In this document: positions 25,671 through 38,900 of the stretch, piece after piece
Layout of the letters: the number at the start of each line of letters is the position of its first letter
How positions within the stretch are numbered: position 1 is the stretch's first letter
NCBI RefSeq assembly: GCF_018350175.1
Contig: NC_058368.1
Location: 78,866,001-78,930,000 of the forward strand
DNA length: 64,000 nucleotides
Source: Felis catus
Taxonomy: Eukaryota
Reading direction: 5' to 3'
Notes under the pieces: generated by a model
Told to the model about the DNA's origin: nothing
What the model saw: the letters and a program-made list of their open reading frames with translations, nothing else
Databases searched by the model: none
Translations under genes and position numbers: made by a program

Positions 25671-26318
25671 AAATAGACCATCCAGATATGCCTTTGCTTA
25701 CTCAATGTTCATCCCACAGTGCAGCTTGAACTGAAATGTTGATGAAGTATGTTGAGTCTTAAGGCAAATAATACCAAGAATTGCGAGCCTGCTTCCTGCA
25801 AATGTACCTCTTTCCTTCTTTAATAACAACTCATTGCCTGCGTGGAACATAAAATAGACATGGAACAGTAACTGGGGGCTGCAGACATACTCGGTATCCG
25901 TCATATGTTCTTATGTAATTGAACTCCAAAGAGAAGGAAACATTGCTGGAGCTAATGCTTTATAATTAAAGCTACATAAGTGTCTTTTTTTAAACTTTGA
26001 CTCTGTTTTTGGAATTAAAAGTTTTCAGAGTCTCACATGAAAATTTATGAAGGTTTATTTCAGTGTTAAATGCCCCTAAAAATACTTTCCTGCTTGTAAA
26101 ATTGGAACAATACCTAAAACAAGCAGATAGCACTGTTGCTTAACCATGGAATAAAAATGGTACAGCCATGAGTTCCTATAGCTGAACTGCATGGAGACAA
26201 TATTTATAACACTTTGCATAAGGATTTTTCTGTACAGATTGTTAAAACAACAACAACAATGATGTCAAGGAAAAACAAGTCTCTGGGTCACTAACATTTA
26301 AAGCAGGGAAAATAAGAT

Positions 26319-26352
26319 TGCATTTACCAAGAATTTCCACTAGATGGTGCCA
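26319..26352 (+). promoter_or_regulatory. Candidate CTCF site: core CCACTAGATGGTGC plus upstream TGCA module
   Basis: Core at 26337-26350; TGCATTTACC starts 18 nt before the core, the usual spacing for the ZF9-11 module. Confidence 0.55.
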
Positions 26353-27864
26353 TCTCCACAAAGTCAGGTGCTAAAAAAAAAAAAAGGCTCATCACTAAAG
26401 GTTTCTTTTTGATTTATGGTTCTTCCTATGATTTACTTCTTTTTCCTGGCTGTTTGTTTTTCAAGTTCTATTTCAAACTCCTTTGTACATATTCCTAACC
26501 TTGCATCTCAGGATAAATATAGTCCACATTCGTGGGATTGGGCTTTAATGAAAGTTAGACACAGTCGTTAATTGCTTATCTTCGGTGTGCTTTAAACAGC
26601 GTTTACAGGTTTCATCCCAGAACAGTTGGGCTCCAAAATGCAAAGAAGTTATTCCTAATCTGCCTTCATTCTGATGAGCGTCGTAAATTATTGCCGCACT
26701 GCATAGTAACATTTTCAGAAAAGGTCAGATTGTGAATTACAAGCTGAGAGCAAGCAGCCCTTGACTCAGAGCTTGTGACCTGTTTCTAACCTTGTGTGTT
26801 AGGAAACTCTGACTCATCCAGTATTTGAACTTGTGATTGCTGCCTGGGAGTGCACCTGTCGCTGAGGACGCTGTGGCAGTTAATGCTCACTGAGACTTCA
26901 TTTCTTTCGCTCAGGGTTTCTCATGCACATTTAACTTGGCTTGAAAAAGTTTCACATAATTGAAAAATAGGTAAGGGTAAACTTAAGTTATTATTTGAGG
27001 ATGCCTCTTCATTTGGCTACAGGTTTTAGGCAAGCAAATCTTGAAGGTGCTCCCAAGACACAGTTTCAAGATAAGAGGAATCAAAATGTATCTCTACCTG
27101 ACTCTATGATGAGTTATCTACATGATAATCACAATTGTGATACCGACAACTTAGAGAGCAGCGCCCATCATCCTCCAGACCCCGTCCTACTATTCTCTTC
27201 CCTGTCTCTTTGAATCCTCACCTGGACCTGAGCGGAGGACCGCTCCTGCCTCAGAGAGACCAGGGCATGAAGAGGGAGAGGTCATCCAGAAGCCAGACTG
27301 GAGTCTAAGTCCTACTGACTCTCACCCTATCCCCTCTGTATTGTGCCCACAGCAACGTGGCCTGTAAATTGGCAACCACTGGCTTTGCCACTTTGCGTCA
27401 GGGACACCTTTAAGGAAAATGAAAGTGAAAGCACGAGGTCGATGTTGGTGTACAGGTTTTTATTTAGAATTAGTTAAGCAAAACTAAGTCCGGACATTGT
27501 GGAGTCTGTCACCTCTGTCATAAAAAGCAGTTCTGGGTTACTTCTTTCTCAGGTAGAAAAATTAAAATTTTAAGCCCTAAGAGATTGCATTATCCTCGCT
27601 GAAGGTTAGAATATTGAAAATAATGGAAAGGGTTGGGTCACCTCTGTAAATGGCCAGGTAAATTTCACTTGTGAAAAGCCAGTAGCAAAGATTCAGGGTC
27701 AGGGGTTTCTTCCTTCTTTCCATTTTTGAATCACGTGCGCCCAGATGAGGAGAGAGAGGGGAAAAGAAAACAACAAACCACACTGGTATGAGGGACATGT
27801 TCTACCTCTTTAATTAGTCTTCAGGATCCTATGGGAGAGTTGTGAGCATTCTAAATTGTTTTTA

Positions 27865-28117
27865 CTTTTTTTATCTAAAAATTGTTTTTAAATGTTTTTA
27901 TTTTTATTTTTGAGAGAGAGAGACAGAGAGACAGAGACAGACAGACAGAACGTGAGCAAGGAAGGGGCAGAGAGAGAGGGAGATACAGAATCCGAAGCAG
28001 GTTCCAGGCCCTGAGCTGTCAGCACAGAGCCCGACACGGGGCTCAGACCCATGGACCGTGAGATCATGACCTGAGCCGAAGTTGGACGCTCAACCGACTG
28101 AGCCACCCAGGCGCCCC
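27865..28117 (-). mobile_element. Can-SINE inserted in a MIR
   Basis: TSD taaattgttttta at 27852-27864 and 28118-28130. Confidence 0.93.
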
Positions 28118-28129
28118 TAAATTGTTTTT

Positions 28130-28240
28130 ATAATGAGACTGAAGCACAGATACATAACTTAATCAAAGACATTTAGCTAGTAAGTTTAGTTAATGAAAAA
28201 GCCAGAATCCAAACCCAGGTATGTGTGGCTTCAAGTTTTA
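28130..28240 (-). mobile_element. MIR fragment
   Basis: actgaagcacaga...agctagtaagt...gccagaatccaaacccaggt. Confidence 0.65.
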
Positions 28241-28312
28241 TGTTCATTAGCACTCTTTGATTGCTGGTGTCAGATACCCAACATGAACACATTTAAGAAG
28301 AAAAAGAGAAGA

Positions 28313-28544
28313 GGGGCGCCTGGGTGGCTCAGTCGGTTGAGCATCCGACTTCGGCTCAGGTCATGATCTTGCGGTCCGTGGGTTCGAGCCCCACGTCGGG
28401 CTCTGTGCTGACAGCTCAGAGCCTGGAGCCTATTTCGGATTCTGTGTCTCCCTCTTTCTCTGACCCTCCCCTGTTCATGCTCTCTCTCTCTCTGTGTCTC
28501 AAAAATAAATAAAATGTTAAAAAAAAATTAAAAAAAATAAAAAA
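28313..28544 (+). mobile_element. Can-SINE
   Basis: 18-nt TSD aagaagaaaaagagaaga at 28295-28312 and 28545-28562. Confidence 0.95.
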
Positions 28545-28649
28545 AAGAAGAAAAAGAGAAGAAAAGAAAAAGAGGAAGGATTCAGAGAATCACATAACTA
28601 ATTGGAGAAGAAAGAAGTCATATATAACTAGATCCTGGAACTAGATGCT

Positions 28650-28654
28650 GTCTG

Positions 28655-28735
<81 letters not shown>
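28650..28735. repeat. (CT)n(CA)n microsatellite
   Basis: Seen directly. Confidence 0.95.
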
Positions 28736-28736
<1 letters not shown>

Positions 28737-29319
28737 CTCTGTTTTACTTTGCTTGTGTTTTCCAACATGGGGAGGAACATAATACACACAGCCCTAACCT
28801 TCCACATCTTAGGAACCCTGGAGAGGAAGCCAAAGTTCCTCTTTCCCTCTCCAAGAGGCCACCTTGGCAGCCCAGCTTAGGTCTCAGGCCCTCCCTGGTC
28901 CCTGAGTCATTCCGAAAGGGTGGAGGATGGGAGCTGTTTAACCAAAAGGAGGACAGGGGAGCTGGGCACAAATAAACAGCCACGTGAAGCAGGTTCCTTC
29001 CACTCTGTTCTGCTCCAACAGCCAGGCTGATCCCCAGCCACCCAGAAGGGTGCCAGCCCCAGTGTGAAGACGCAGCTGTGGGGAGGCCTGGGGGGCAGGC
29101 ACAGCTCACCCAGCTGATTTGCCAGGTAGCTGGGCCCCACGGCTACCCATATACAGAACCATTAATAACGCAAATGTATTTCAGGAGAACTGCAGATACA
29201 AGTTGTGGCACGTTTCCATGTAATTTCTCTGTTATGTCTGTTTCCCCCTAAAAATAGTTTTTGGGGTTGAAGGTGAAGCAATTCTGTGATCCATCTGATC
29301 GACAGTATTATTTTTTATC

Positions 29320-29541
29320 TTTTTCTCTTTTTAAAAAAAATTTTTAACATTTATTTATTTTGAGAGAGACAGAGCGTGAGCAGGGGAGGGGCAGAAAAAA
29401 GGAGAGACACAGAATCCAAAGCAGGATCCAGGCTCTGAGCTGTCAGCACAGAGCCCGACGTGGGTCTCGAACTCACGAACCATGAGATCATGACCTGAGC
29501 TGAAGTCAGATGTTTAATTGACTGAGCCACCCAGGTGCCCC
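29320..29541 (-). mobile_element. Can-SINE
   Basis: Reverse-complement SINE. Confidence 0.92.
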
Positions 29542-29544
29542 ATC

Positions 29545-29716
29545 ATTTAAATCGTTTAGCATCTCTATGAGATAGATCTTAATACTCCTCCTGTTCTGCA
29601 AATGGGCACACTGAGACCTACCAGATATGTAACTTGCCCAGGGCCATGCAGGAAGGAAATGGGGGCACCGTGATTTCATACCCGGTGATCTGTCCCCCAG
29701 GACCCAAGTGCTCAAC
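29545..29716 (-). mobile_element. MIR
   Basis: gcaaatgggcacactgagac...gtaacttgcccagggccatgcag. Confidence 0.65.
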
Positions 29717-31270
29717 TGGTTGCCCCTGATTGCTGTTTGTCCCCGGGGCAAGTGTGATGGCCAGCCTTAGAACTTGGAAACTGACACTCTGTCCTGACAT
29801 ACAGACATTAATTCCACTGTCTGCACCTTCATGATTTGGAGAAAACCGATGAAAATACACCTTTTCTCAGCATCACCAGACTATTACTCTTACTATAACT
29901 CTTTTCAGAGTTCTGCTTCTGTTCCTTGAAATTCCAGTTTAGTTGTCTTTATTTTCCCAGGCACCAATGTGAGAGGAGATACCGGGATCCCCACATATCC
30001 TCACATCTTGGTTCTTTAAATGCATCACCAAGTGCTGATTTGATGTCCTCACTCTCGCTTGGCCAGGCCTGGCCTACCCCCCATCCCGTCTACACAGATT
30101 ATTGTTTCCCGCCTCTTTAATTCTTGCTTTTTATGCTCATGTCAGAATAATATTTGGTAAATTCCAATTTAGCAAATTGGAAACCTCCTAGCTCCGAAGT
30201 ATCTAATAAGTATTGCTTTTCTGTCACATCAGATAAAATCTTCTTGATGATACAAGGAAACAGGGCTGGTGAGGCCTTAAGGAATTTGAAGGAAGGGATT
30301 ATTAACATGTACTTGGAGATTCTCTCTACTTCTGTCTCCGAGAGCCTCAGACTGGGAGCTGAGCATCAGGCGAGTGAGGAAATAAACTCGGGTGACATTC
30401 GATGAGCAGTGACCACGTTTACCTTTCAGTTATGAAAAAAGAAATCCACTCTTGTGTTAGGAGAGCTCAATGTTCTGAGTCTCGCTTTTCCGGTCAGCAA
30501 ATCAGATGTAATAATCTGGACTATAGATCTCCAATTGATTCTTCGTAGTCCCCAAAGACAAAATTGTTCTGAAAACCGACCGTTTATTTCTGACTCATGC
30601 TGGTAACAGGACTGACACAACCTGAACTCGTCTGAAGCAGAATCTAAACCTGAATTGACACGTATCTCTCACTTGTTAGGAATATTCGTATGGTTTTTCC
30701 CAGAGTTAAAATGTTTGATTAAAGCATCCTGCCAATCTTGCTGGGAATATAAACACTCCATTAACTTACAAAAGTAAAGAAAAATCATCTGCATAACAGA
30801 ACACGTCTGGGTCCAAAAGTTTAGGATAAAGAGTTGTGGCTGGCGTCCCCCAGTTTGTGTAGGTGTGAACCGTGGTAGTAATGATGTTTCTCGCCAAAGG
30901 GGAGCCCCACCTTACCTACCTAAGGCAGACACTCACTGAAAATGACCTCCACATCTGCCTCGGTGTCTCACAGCAGGGTCCCTTCCATTTCCAAGAGCCT
31001 CCTTCCCTCCCGGTCTCTCTTTGTCTCTCTCATCTCTGTCTCTCTCCGTTTGAATTATTTCCGCTTTATGACTAAAAATTATTTTATTGCATTCTAAATC
31101 ATGCTATATCAAGATGGCGGGCGGGAGCCCCTCCGCCAGTGGGGGTGATATCATCTGTTTTGGATGTGAGGCTCAGGTAGCCTCCTGAAGCTTGTAGAGA
31201 AGAACCACAGAGCATGCTCAGGGGTTGGCTTGGTGACTCCCTATTACTTTAGAAAGACTCTCACAGTTCC

Positions 31271-31313
<43 letters not shown>
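31271..31313. repeat. (GT)n(GA)n microsatellite
   Basis: Seen directly. Confidence 0.95.
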
Positions 31314-31315
<2 letters not shown>

Positions 31316-32608
31316 GGTCTCCTTCACAAAACCTACCCATGCAGCTGTAGCAACAGCGTCCCATGCTCACGTGTGTGCCACCCACCATATATGTCAGGCT
31401 AATGCAGTGGGTGCCACTTCTCTGTCTCCCAGCCCTGCTTGCCAGTGTCCTCCACTGCGGGCACCCAGCAGCCCCATATGGCCTTCCCCCGGGGCAGAGG
31501 TAGAGTGGCCATCTCCCTGCGACAGGCGAGCCTGGGTGAGCCGTCCCCATCACCCCAGCCCACGTCTGCCCCAGCTTCGTTTCATCCCCTTGCCGAGTCA
31601 ATGACCATGACACGTACACATACGCCTCCTTGTTTTCTACATGCTCTTTCCCCGATGGTCTTCGGTCCCCGATTGTGGTTCGCGGGAGCCATCGGATGGA
31701 CAGTACAGGGGAAGACACGGTGCTCTTCCTGGTCCTGAAATCAAGGCCCATGAATAACTGTTAGCAAAACCGCACGTCAACGTGGCCTGTCAAGTCCACT
31801 TCTGCTCTTGCTGACATTTAAGGGGCTTTTGTCCTTGCAGTGGGCTGACCGCTTTGTACCTTGTCAGAATTCGATGACAAAGGCCTGTGGGCTGCTGACG
31901 GCAGTGAGCTTATCAGTGGAAAGCACGCAGCTTCCGTGGGACCCTCCTCTCCTTGCCTAGGTCGTTTCGGGAAATCGCGCAACCTCTCCGTGCCTCCCCT
32001 TGGTCCTCCGTGAAGCAGGACCGGCCTCAGCGCTGTCGTGCATGTGGTCAGGGTGGGTGGCCGGCTGCCGGAGCCTAGAGAAGAGTCAGTTCTGTCGTTA
32101 CTGCTAGAATGGAAGGCTCTTTTCCATCGGAGCCATATGTGAATAACTAATCACCGTGATGCCAAAGACCATGGGTTCCTGTTAGAGCTTTAGCTCACGT
32201 GGAATAATTGCAACCTTGGCAAGGCTTCTCCTCGTGTAGGTGTGACCTCGGGGCAGTGCCACACAGGAACGTGTCACTGTGACATCTCTCCGCGGTGGAA
32301 ATTTAGTCGGATCTTTGGATGACAATCAGCACAGCCTTTTGAGGCAGTGAGGGTGATGAGGGCAGGTGCGGAGAGGAGGGTGGCCGGGTGGTGACAGGCA
32401 GGCTGGCTCTCGGGACCCCACGCTGGCTTCTCCGTGGGTCCCCCCTTACAGCAGGCGAACAGAGCATGTCGATTACAACCTAAAGCAGAACCTGTACACT
32501 TCTGGAAAACTTCCTGTTTCATGTTTTCCCTGGGGCAAAAAATCAATTTGAATGCTTCAAATGCTTTGTCATTGTGTATCAGCCAGAGTGGGAAAAAGAA
32601 AAGGGAGG

Positions 32609-32823
32609 GGTGGCACCTGGTGGCTCAGTCCGTTGAACGTCCAACTTCGGCTCAGGTCATGATCTCACAGTTCTTGGGTTCGAGCCCCGCGTCAGGCTCT
32701 GTGCAGACGGCTCAGAGCCTGGAGCCTGCTTCGGATTCTGTGTCTTTCTCTCTCTCTTTGCCCCTCCCCTGCTGACGCTTTTTGTCTCTCTGTCTCTCAA
32801 TAATAAATAAACATTAAAAAAAA
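32609..32823 (+). mobile_element. Can-SINE
   Basis: Head, body and tail. Confidence 0.92.
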
Positions 32824-33534
32824 GTAAAGATTTCCTTTAAGTCTAAACCTGCATTCACTTAATCACAAGAGATGATGACTTCAGTAAGATTCTGGAATGC
32901 ATGATTTGTTACCGATCGTGTGTTCTTCTCAAGAGGATTGTGTCCGGTTCGAACCAGACATGCACTGTGTATCTTACAGGCTGGGTTCTGAAACCGATAA
33001 CATGATGAGGGGTTTACACAGACCCCTGTGATGACACATGTGTTCACGTGTCACGTGACCCAAAGTGCACGCAGACTCAAAGTGACGTTCCCTGGGCTCT
33101 TTGAAGCGAATGTTGTTTGCTCCTGTAAATCTGCAGCCTGTCAGTGCAGTTAAAACCCTAACAACCAACATTCGTTTGTGCTGAGAACTTGACATATGTC
33201 ACCTCCCCTCATCTGCGGCTCGGCCTGACACAAGCCAGGGTTGACTGAGTTACCCAATGGCACGTGCTGGCGGCTCAGGAGCCACAGCCATGGCCAGGCC
33301 CTAGATACACCCCACGTCTGCCTCTCAAACCCTGGTCTCCAAATGACAGGCGGAAGATTTCAGGGAAGTGTTTGAAAAAGAGCCACACGGTGATGGCAGC
33401 TCACGGAGAAATATCCCTGCACACAAGGAGAGGCTGGAGCCCAAGGGTACCGATGTCAGCTGTTCATCTCACGTTCTGGTTCCAGTCACTTACGGTGAGG
33501 ATGGAGAGGAGACAGAGCCTGACCACTAGCCGGT

Positions 33535-34080
33535 CCCTCTCCACGCCCCCGCCCCACCCCCTGCCCCCCACCCTCACTCCACCCACCCCTGCTCTCCTCC
33601 CTCGTCACTTCCCACCCCACCCACCCCTGTCCCCCACCTCACTCCACCCCCCACTTCACCCCTCCCCACCCCCACCCCTCTTCAACCTCCCACCCCACCC
33701 ACCCCTGTCCCCCACCTCACTCCACCCCCCACTTCACCGCTCCCCAGCCCCTCTTCAGCCCCCTCCACCCACCGCTTCCTCCCCACTTTACCCCTCTCTG
33801 CCCCCCACCCCTCCTCACTCCCCTCTACCCACCCCTCCCCCATTATCCATCCCCCACTTCACCCCTCCCCACCCCCACCCCTCTTCAACCTCCCACCCCA
33901 CCCACCCACCCCTGCCCTCCTACCTCTCTCCACCCCTCACCTTGCTCCACTGCCCCCACCATCTGGCCCCTCTCCCCATATCGTGACCCCAAACTGCCCC
34001 ACTTTCACTTCCCCTTCTTGCTGCAAGCCTTCTGCCCACACACTTTCCCTCACCCCCTGCCCTCTTCACCCCTGCTTTCC
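33535..34080. repeat. C-rich low-complexity tract with a 78-bp minisatellite unit
   Basis: Unit starts at 33610 and 33688; partial third copy at about 33851-33917. Confidence 0.85.
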
Positions 34081-34789
34081 TGTAGATTCAGACTTTTCAG
34101 AATTCGGGCCAGGCTCTTTGGGCTTCTTTGTTTTTCTCTCGTTTGGGGATTCTGCCACAGCAGGACTTCCCGTTCACCTTATCGTGGATGGGCACGCAGA
34201 GACCTGGTGTTTTCCGTGAATTCCTCCTCGGCCAGATCTTTCCCCACCTGCATTTATGCTACGGCTTGGGGACGTAGGTGTGGGCACTGCTGTGTGGTCA
34301 CAGGTCATTTTGTTGGCTTTGTTCTGACAGCGGCATCTTTTGTGAGTGAGCTCTCTCGGCCACGGAGACTTCCCCATGGGCTGTTGGGGGAAGTAGAGTG
34401 ATCCCGCCTTCTTCCTTCTGCTGGCAACTTACGGCCCCTTAAGTGGCCTTGGGAGGAGTTAGCTTGCCAAGACAGGTGCATGCTGGGGCTGCTGGGGCTC
34501 ATACTTAAAGCGACTGCCTCTGTGAAGATACATTTGTGCAGCCCCCGAGGCGCTTCCTAAATAGCAGAACCCTGTCCCTGACCGCCCCCAGTCTGGGCTC
34601 CTGCTCGGCCCGCCCCACCCACACCTGCCCCATTGTCCCCAGCCTCCCACCGCCCCAGCCAGAGCGCCCCTGAGCCTCCACATGCCTTCCTTCCCGAGCC
34701 ACGGGTGACCTGTCATGCTCTGCCACCGCCCTGGGGTGATCACCCACCTGTCCCTGTCCCGCTGGGCTCCCTTTGTCCCCACAAGTTAC

Positions 34790-35385
34790 CAGTCCTCAAT
34801 GCAACAGTCAGAACGATTCTTCAATGCACTCTTCTGCCGACCTGCGCTTTTTCCTCATTTCCCTGAGGGTCGCAACCCTTGACAGCCTCCAAGGCTCTGT
34901 GTGATCTGGTCCCTCTTGGCGCTGACCTCCCTTCTAGTCCTCCGTGGCTCCCCACTCAGCCGCTAAGGCCTCCCATCTTGCTCCGGGGGCACCCGGGTAG
35001 CTTCCCATCCTAGGTTTGCTCTAGCCCTTCCCTCCTCTTGGAATGCCCTTCCTCCCACTCCGCCTTGGCTGACCTCCTTACTTCTTCAAGAGTTCGCTCA
35101 CTTGTGCCCGTCTCAGTGAGCCCCCAGTAGGACCCCCACCTGAACCCCAAACACCGCATTCCCAGTCACTCTTAGCAGGCTCTGCTTCTTCTGTCCAGAG
35201 CACGCAGCACCTTAACAGGCTCTGGAATTTACTGGTCGAATGCCCCTGCTGCACCTTGTGTGTCCCCGCAGTGGGAAGTTAAGCTGCACGAGGTCATGGA
35301 TACTTACTTGTCTGGATCACTGGTAACTTGAAAACGACCGGAATCGTGCTCGGCACAAAATAGCTTCTGAGTAAATACACACTGA
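34790..35385 (+). mobile_element. L2 3' region
   Basis: aaggctctgtgtgatctgg...ggaatgcccttcctccc...taagctgcacgagg...gtgctcggcacaaaatag...agtaaatac. Confidence 0.65.
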
Positions 35386-35740
35386 CGATGGGCTATGCTT
35401 ACTCTTATCTCCCCGTAGCATTGCTTGTGCCGAAGAGAAAAAAAAAAAAAAAAAACCTTCAGGATGATGTCACGACGTTCCTTGTTTATTATTTGCCATA
35501 ACCTGGGGCTTTCCAGCGTTGCTCTGGGGGTGTTTATTTTCAGAGTTGGCCAGTTTTATCTGTTCTGACACTGAGGTCTCTTTGTTACTGAACTCTGACA
35601 ACCATGTGAAACTTCTTACGGAATCCTGGAGGAAGCAGGGTTTCTGTTGCCTTCCACTGTTAGATTAGGGCCATCGAGTCAAAACATATGTTAAAATATA
35701 CCCGGTAACCTCTGTGTGTATACACATAAAAACTTCTTCT

Positions 35741-35936
35741 GGGGCGCCTGGGCGGTGCAGTCCATTGAGCGTCCGACTTTGGCTCAGGTCATGATCTCAC
35801 GGTTCACGAGTTCAAGCCCCATGTCGGGAACCTGCTTCAGATTCTGTGTCTCCTTCTCTCTCTGCCCCTCCCCTGCTCGCACTCTGTCGCTCTCTGTCTC
35901 TCAGAAATAAATAAAATCATTTAAAAAAAAAAAAAA
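35741..35936 (+). mobile_element. Can-SINE with internal deletion
   Basis: gtcgg|gaacctgcttc, lacking the gctctgtgctgacagctcagagcct segment. Confidence 0.88.
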
Positions 35937-38900
35937 CCTACTTCGTCTGGCTACTTCTGTTGGCTGCGTTAACCTGCCCAGAGATGAGACTGGGGAGAGT
36001 CATGGGAACTCCTGGTCGGGTGGACCGACCTCAGGTGCTGTGAGCTGTGTCCCCTCCATTGTATGGCTCCTTCCAGCAACACCAATCTCAACAGAGCTCC
36101 AGAAACACAGCAGAGCCCAGCCTGTGCTTTGGCTGAGGCCTGGGGAAGGTCATTCATCGGGCTGTCACCCCAGCTCCACAGATGTCTCCCTCTTTGCAAA
36201 TACAAACCGCCCAGTGATGATTCCTAACCACTGCCTCACAGCGTTGCTCACCCCCTTGTCTGCGGGTCGATGGTGCTGAACTTTCTAGGGCGAGAGTCTC
36301 CTTGTTCGGGTCAGCTGGGTCTCAGCAGAATCCCATGGAACCACATTTCGTGGAGGGATATTCCAAACTGTCCTCACTTACTGCTTTACAGCTGCTGCAT
36401 TTCTCCCGTCGTGTCAGTGTTCTTCATCGCAGAACCTCGAATGTTTCCTCGTCGCACAAGAGCAGTCAGTGGGCGCCACATAGGTGGGTCAGTGGGTCGT
36501 CTCCAGCAGTGTGGCACAGCGTGCGAGTGGGCTTCTGGTTTCACACCTTCTGCCACGCATGAGGGCTGGTGGGATCTTGCTCAGCGCCTCGAGTCTATTT
36601 TAATCTAGTTGTCACACCCTGAGGTGTTCAGCTTAACTTTTGCATGTTCGCTCTTAGCAGCAAGTGAATGATTCCCGAGTTCTGTTGCACTGAATGCGAG
36701 ATCTCTTCTCTTGACTCTTGGCGTCTAAGAAAGCTCATTCCAGCAAGGGGGTTTGAGTTCCCGTGTCCTCCTGACATCATGTTGTTCAGAATTAAGTGCA
36801 CAGTGTCCTTTGCGAGAGTTAGCTGGGCATCAGCCGGAGAGAGGTTCCCCAGAGCGTAAGGACATTTAACATATGATGAACGGGGTGCCCTCGATTCTGA
36901 AATGGCAGTGCCCCCACCAGTACCGGACTTTCTGTGGTATCTTCTAAGGTGTTTGACCCATCTTTAAAACAATGAAGTTCTTACTGGGCATCTGTTTTCA
37001 GAAGTAACGATGCAGTGAAGGGAGAGTATGGTGGACAGATGCACCGGAGTTAAGCCATTCAATGGCTATGGGCACTCCGTGGGTCGTTATGGCCTCTCTC
37101 CCATCCCTGCCTTTTGCTTACATGCAGAGGTGGTATTAATCACTTTGACCAGCGGTTGGTGGGGACAGGGATTGGGCGTACACAAGGTGACTTACATACA
37201 GGAGTCATAAAAATAGTGTTAAAACTGTAGTTGTGAGTTTCTAATAGCTTTGGGGTCATCATTTTGCTTCTCTCCCCAACACATCTAACTCCCCTCCAAG
37301 TCTCCCCTCCCATGACATCACCTGAAATGTTGTCCTTAACTCTCCCCCTTCCCACGCTCGTCTGTGGACACGTCCCGGCCATGCCTGCTGCCTACACAGC
37401 AGATCCGGCCCCCTCTCCCCATCTTCCTACTACAGTCCTGGGCTGGGTGCCCATTGTCACCCACCTGAAATCCTTCAAGCCTGCCTTCTGGGTTTCCCAC
37501 CACTGACTGGCCCCACTACAACCCACACCCTGCTCCGCAGTCAGGTGCTCTTTCTAAAGAAAAGTCAGATCCTCGCTGTCCACCCTGCCTAAAACCCCCC
37601 AGCGCACGGAGCAGGTTCCGATCTCCTGGCTTCGCCCGCGTGATGTCTAGTCCAGTCCCTGCCGCTGTGGCTGGGCTGCTACAGGACCCATGCTCTGAAG
37701 CCCACACTCAGCCACCTGCTTGGAAGGCTCATCCCTCAGTCTTCCTTGTCACCCCGGCCTAAACCGTGGCAACACATGGTCGAGGTCTTGCAAGCTGAAA
37801 TGGGCCAAGGAGTCTGACGGCCTGTTGGGCAGACAAGGGGGACCCTGGAAGACCAGCCATCCAGAGGCTGTGGGCAGCCAGGAGACTCAAGTCCTCAAGT
37901 CCGCCCTTGTCCTTCCCTCATTCAAAAGGAGGCGTTATCTCCTTTACCCCAGACACAGTGCGCTTTTGCAAGGCTGTAGAAAAAGAGACGGTTGCTACTG
38001 GGAAGCCGCTCAAAATGTTCAAAATCTGGGCGATCAGCAGGTAGCCTTCTCAGTTACAGTGTGAGAAGTGTCCTGAACATCTGACCAGGGGCCCCAGGAG
38101 CAGGTGAGAAGACTTTGTGCTGCGGGGGAGGGGAGAGGCAGGAGCCCTAGCAGACAGATGAACACCACATAGGCGAAGGCATCAGGACTAGAGAAGCAGA
38201 GACACCAGCTGAGCGTCAGTGTCCATGGGGACAGGGGGGCGCACGTGCAGCAAGTACCCAGAGGCCACCAGCCACACCAGAGAGAAACAGGAGTTGTGCT
38301 TTCTAATGCAGTTTCTGGTGATGGAGAGCTGTAGGAGCAAAACCGCAAGTGACGCACGCTGATGGCGCGCTCCCTCCTCCCTGGAGAATAAGCACTTCAC
38401 AGTGACGAATGCTAATGCACCGTACCCGGCTCGTCATCAGTACGCCTTGTGAACTGCAGGTGATAAGTAAGATAAGCACATAGCCCCCACGGAAATAAGT
38501 TATTTCAGATTGCAGCTCTGTTTAGGTGAAGGGCACTGTGTCAGCAGCAACCATCACCAGGGTGCAAGATAACCCGGGCTGAGTTTCCAGGGTCCCGCTG
38601 AGAGAAATACTCGGGGGGGCTCCTGGGGGGCTCAGTCGCTTTAGTGTCCACCCCTTGCCTGCAGGGGAAGGCGTTCACCAAGTATGAAGAATTCTCCAGA
38701 TGGAGAGGGGACAGAGCAACAGGACACTTGGAGAAAGTGAGCGTTGTGTCCAAATACCCACAGTATTCCTGGCTGCGGAGGTAGCTATGATGAGTTAGAT
38801 TTGCATTTTAGCATCTTTTCTGTCTTATGCCTTCCTCCAGAGAGCAGCAAGAGAACTCTCTCTGAGTTAGTGATTTCCAACATCTCTCAAGGACTGTTGA

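Noticed and set aside
31218..31751. 177-aa minus-strand ORF
   Set aside because: Runs through a (GT)n(GA)n microsatellite; no recognisable protein features.
33264..33986. 240-aa Pro/His-rich ORF
   Set aside because: Produced by the C-rich low-complexity tract, which lacks stop codons; no domain or splice support.
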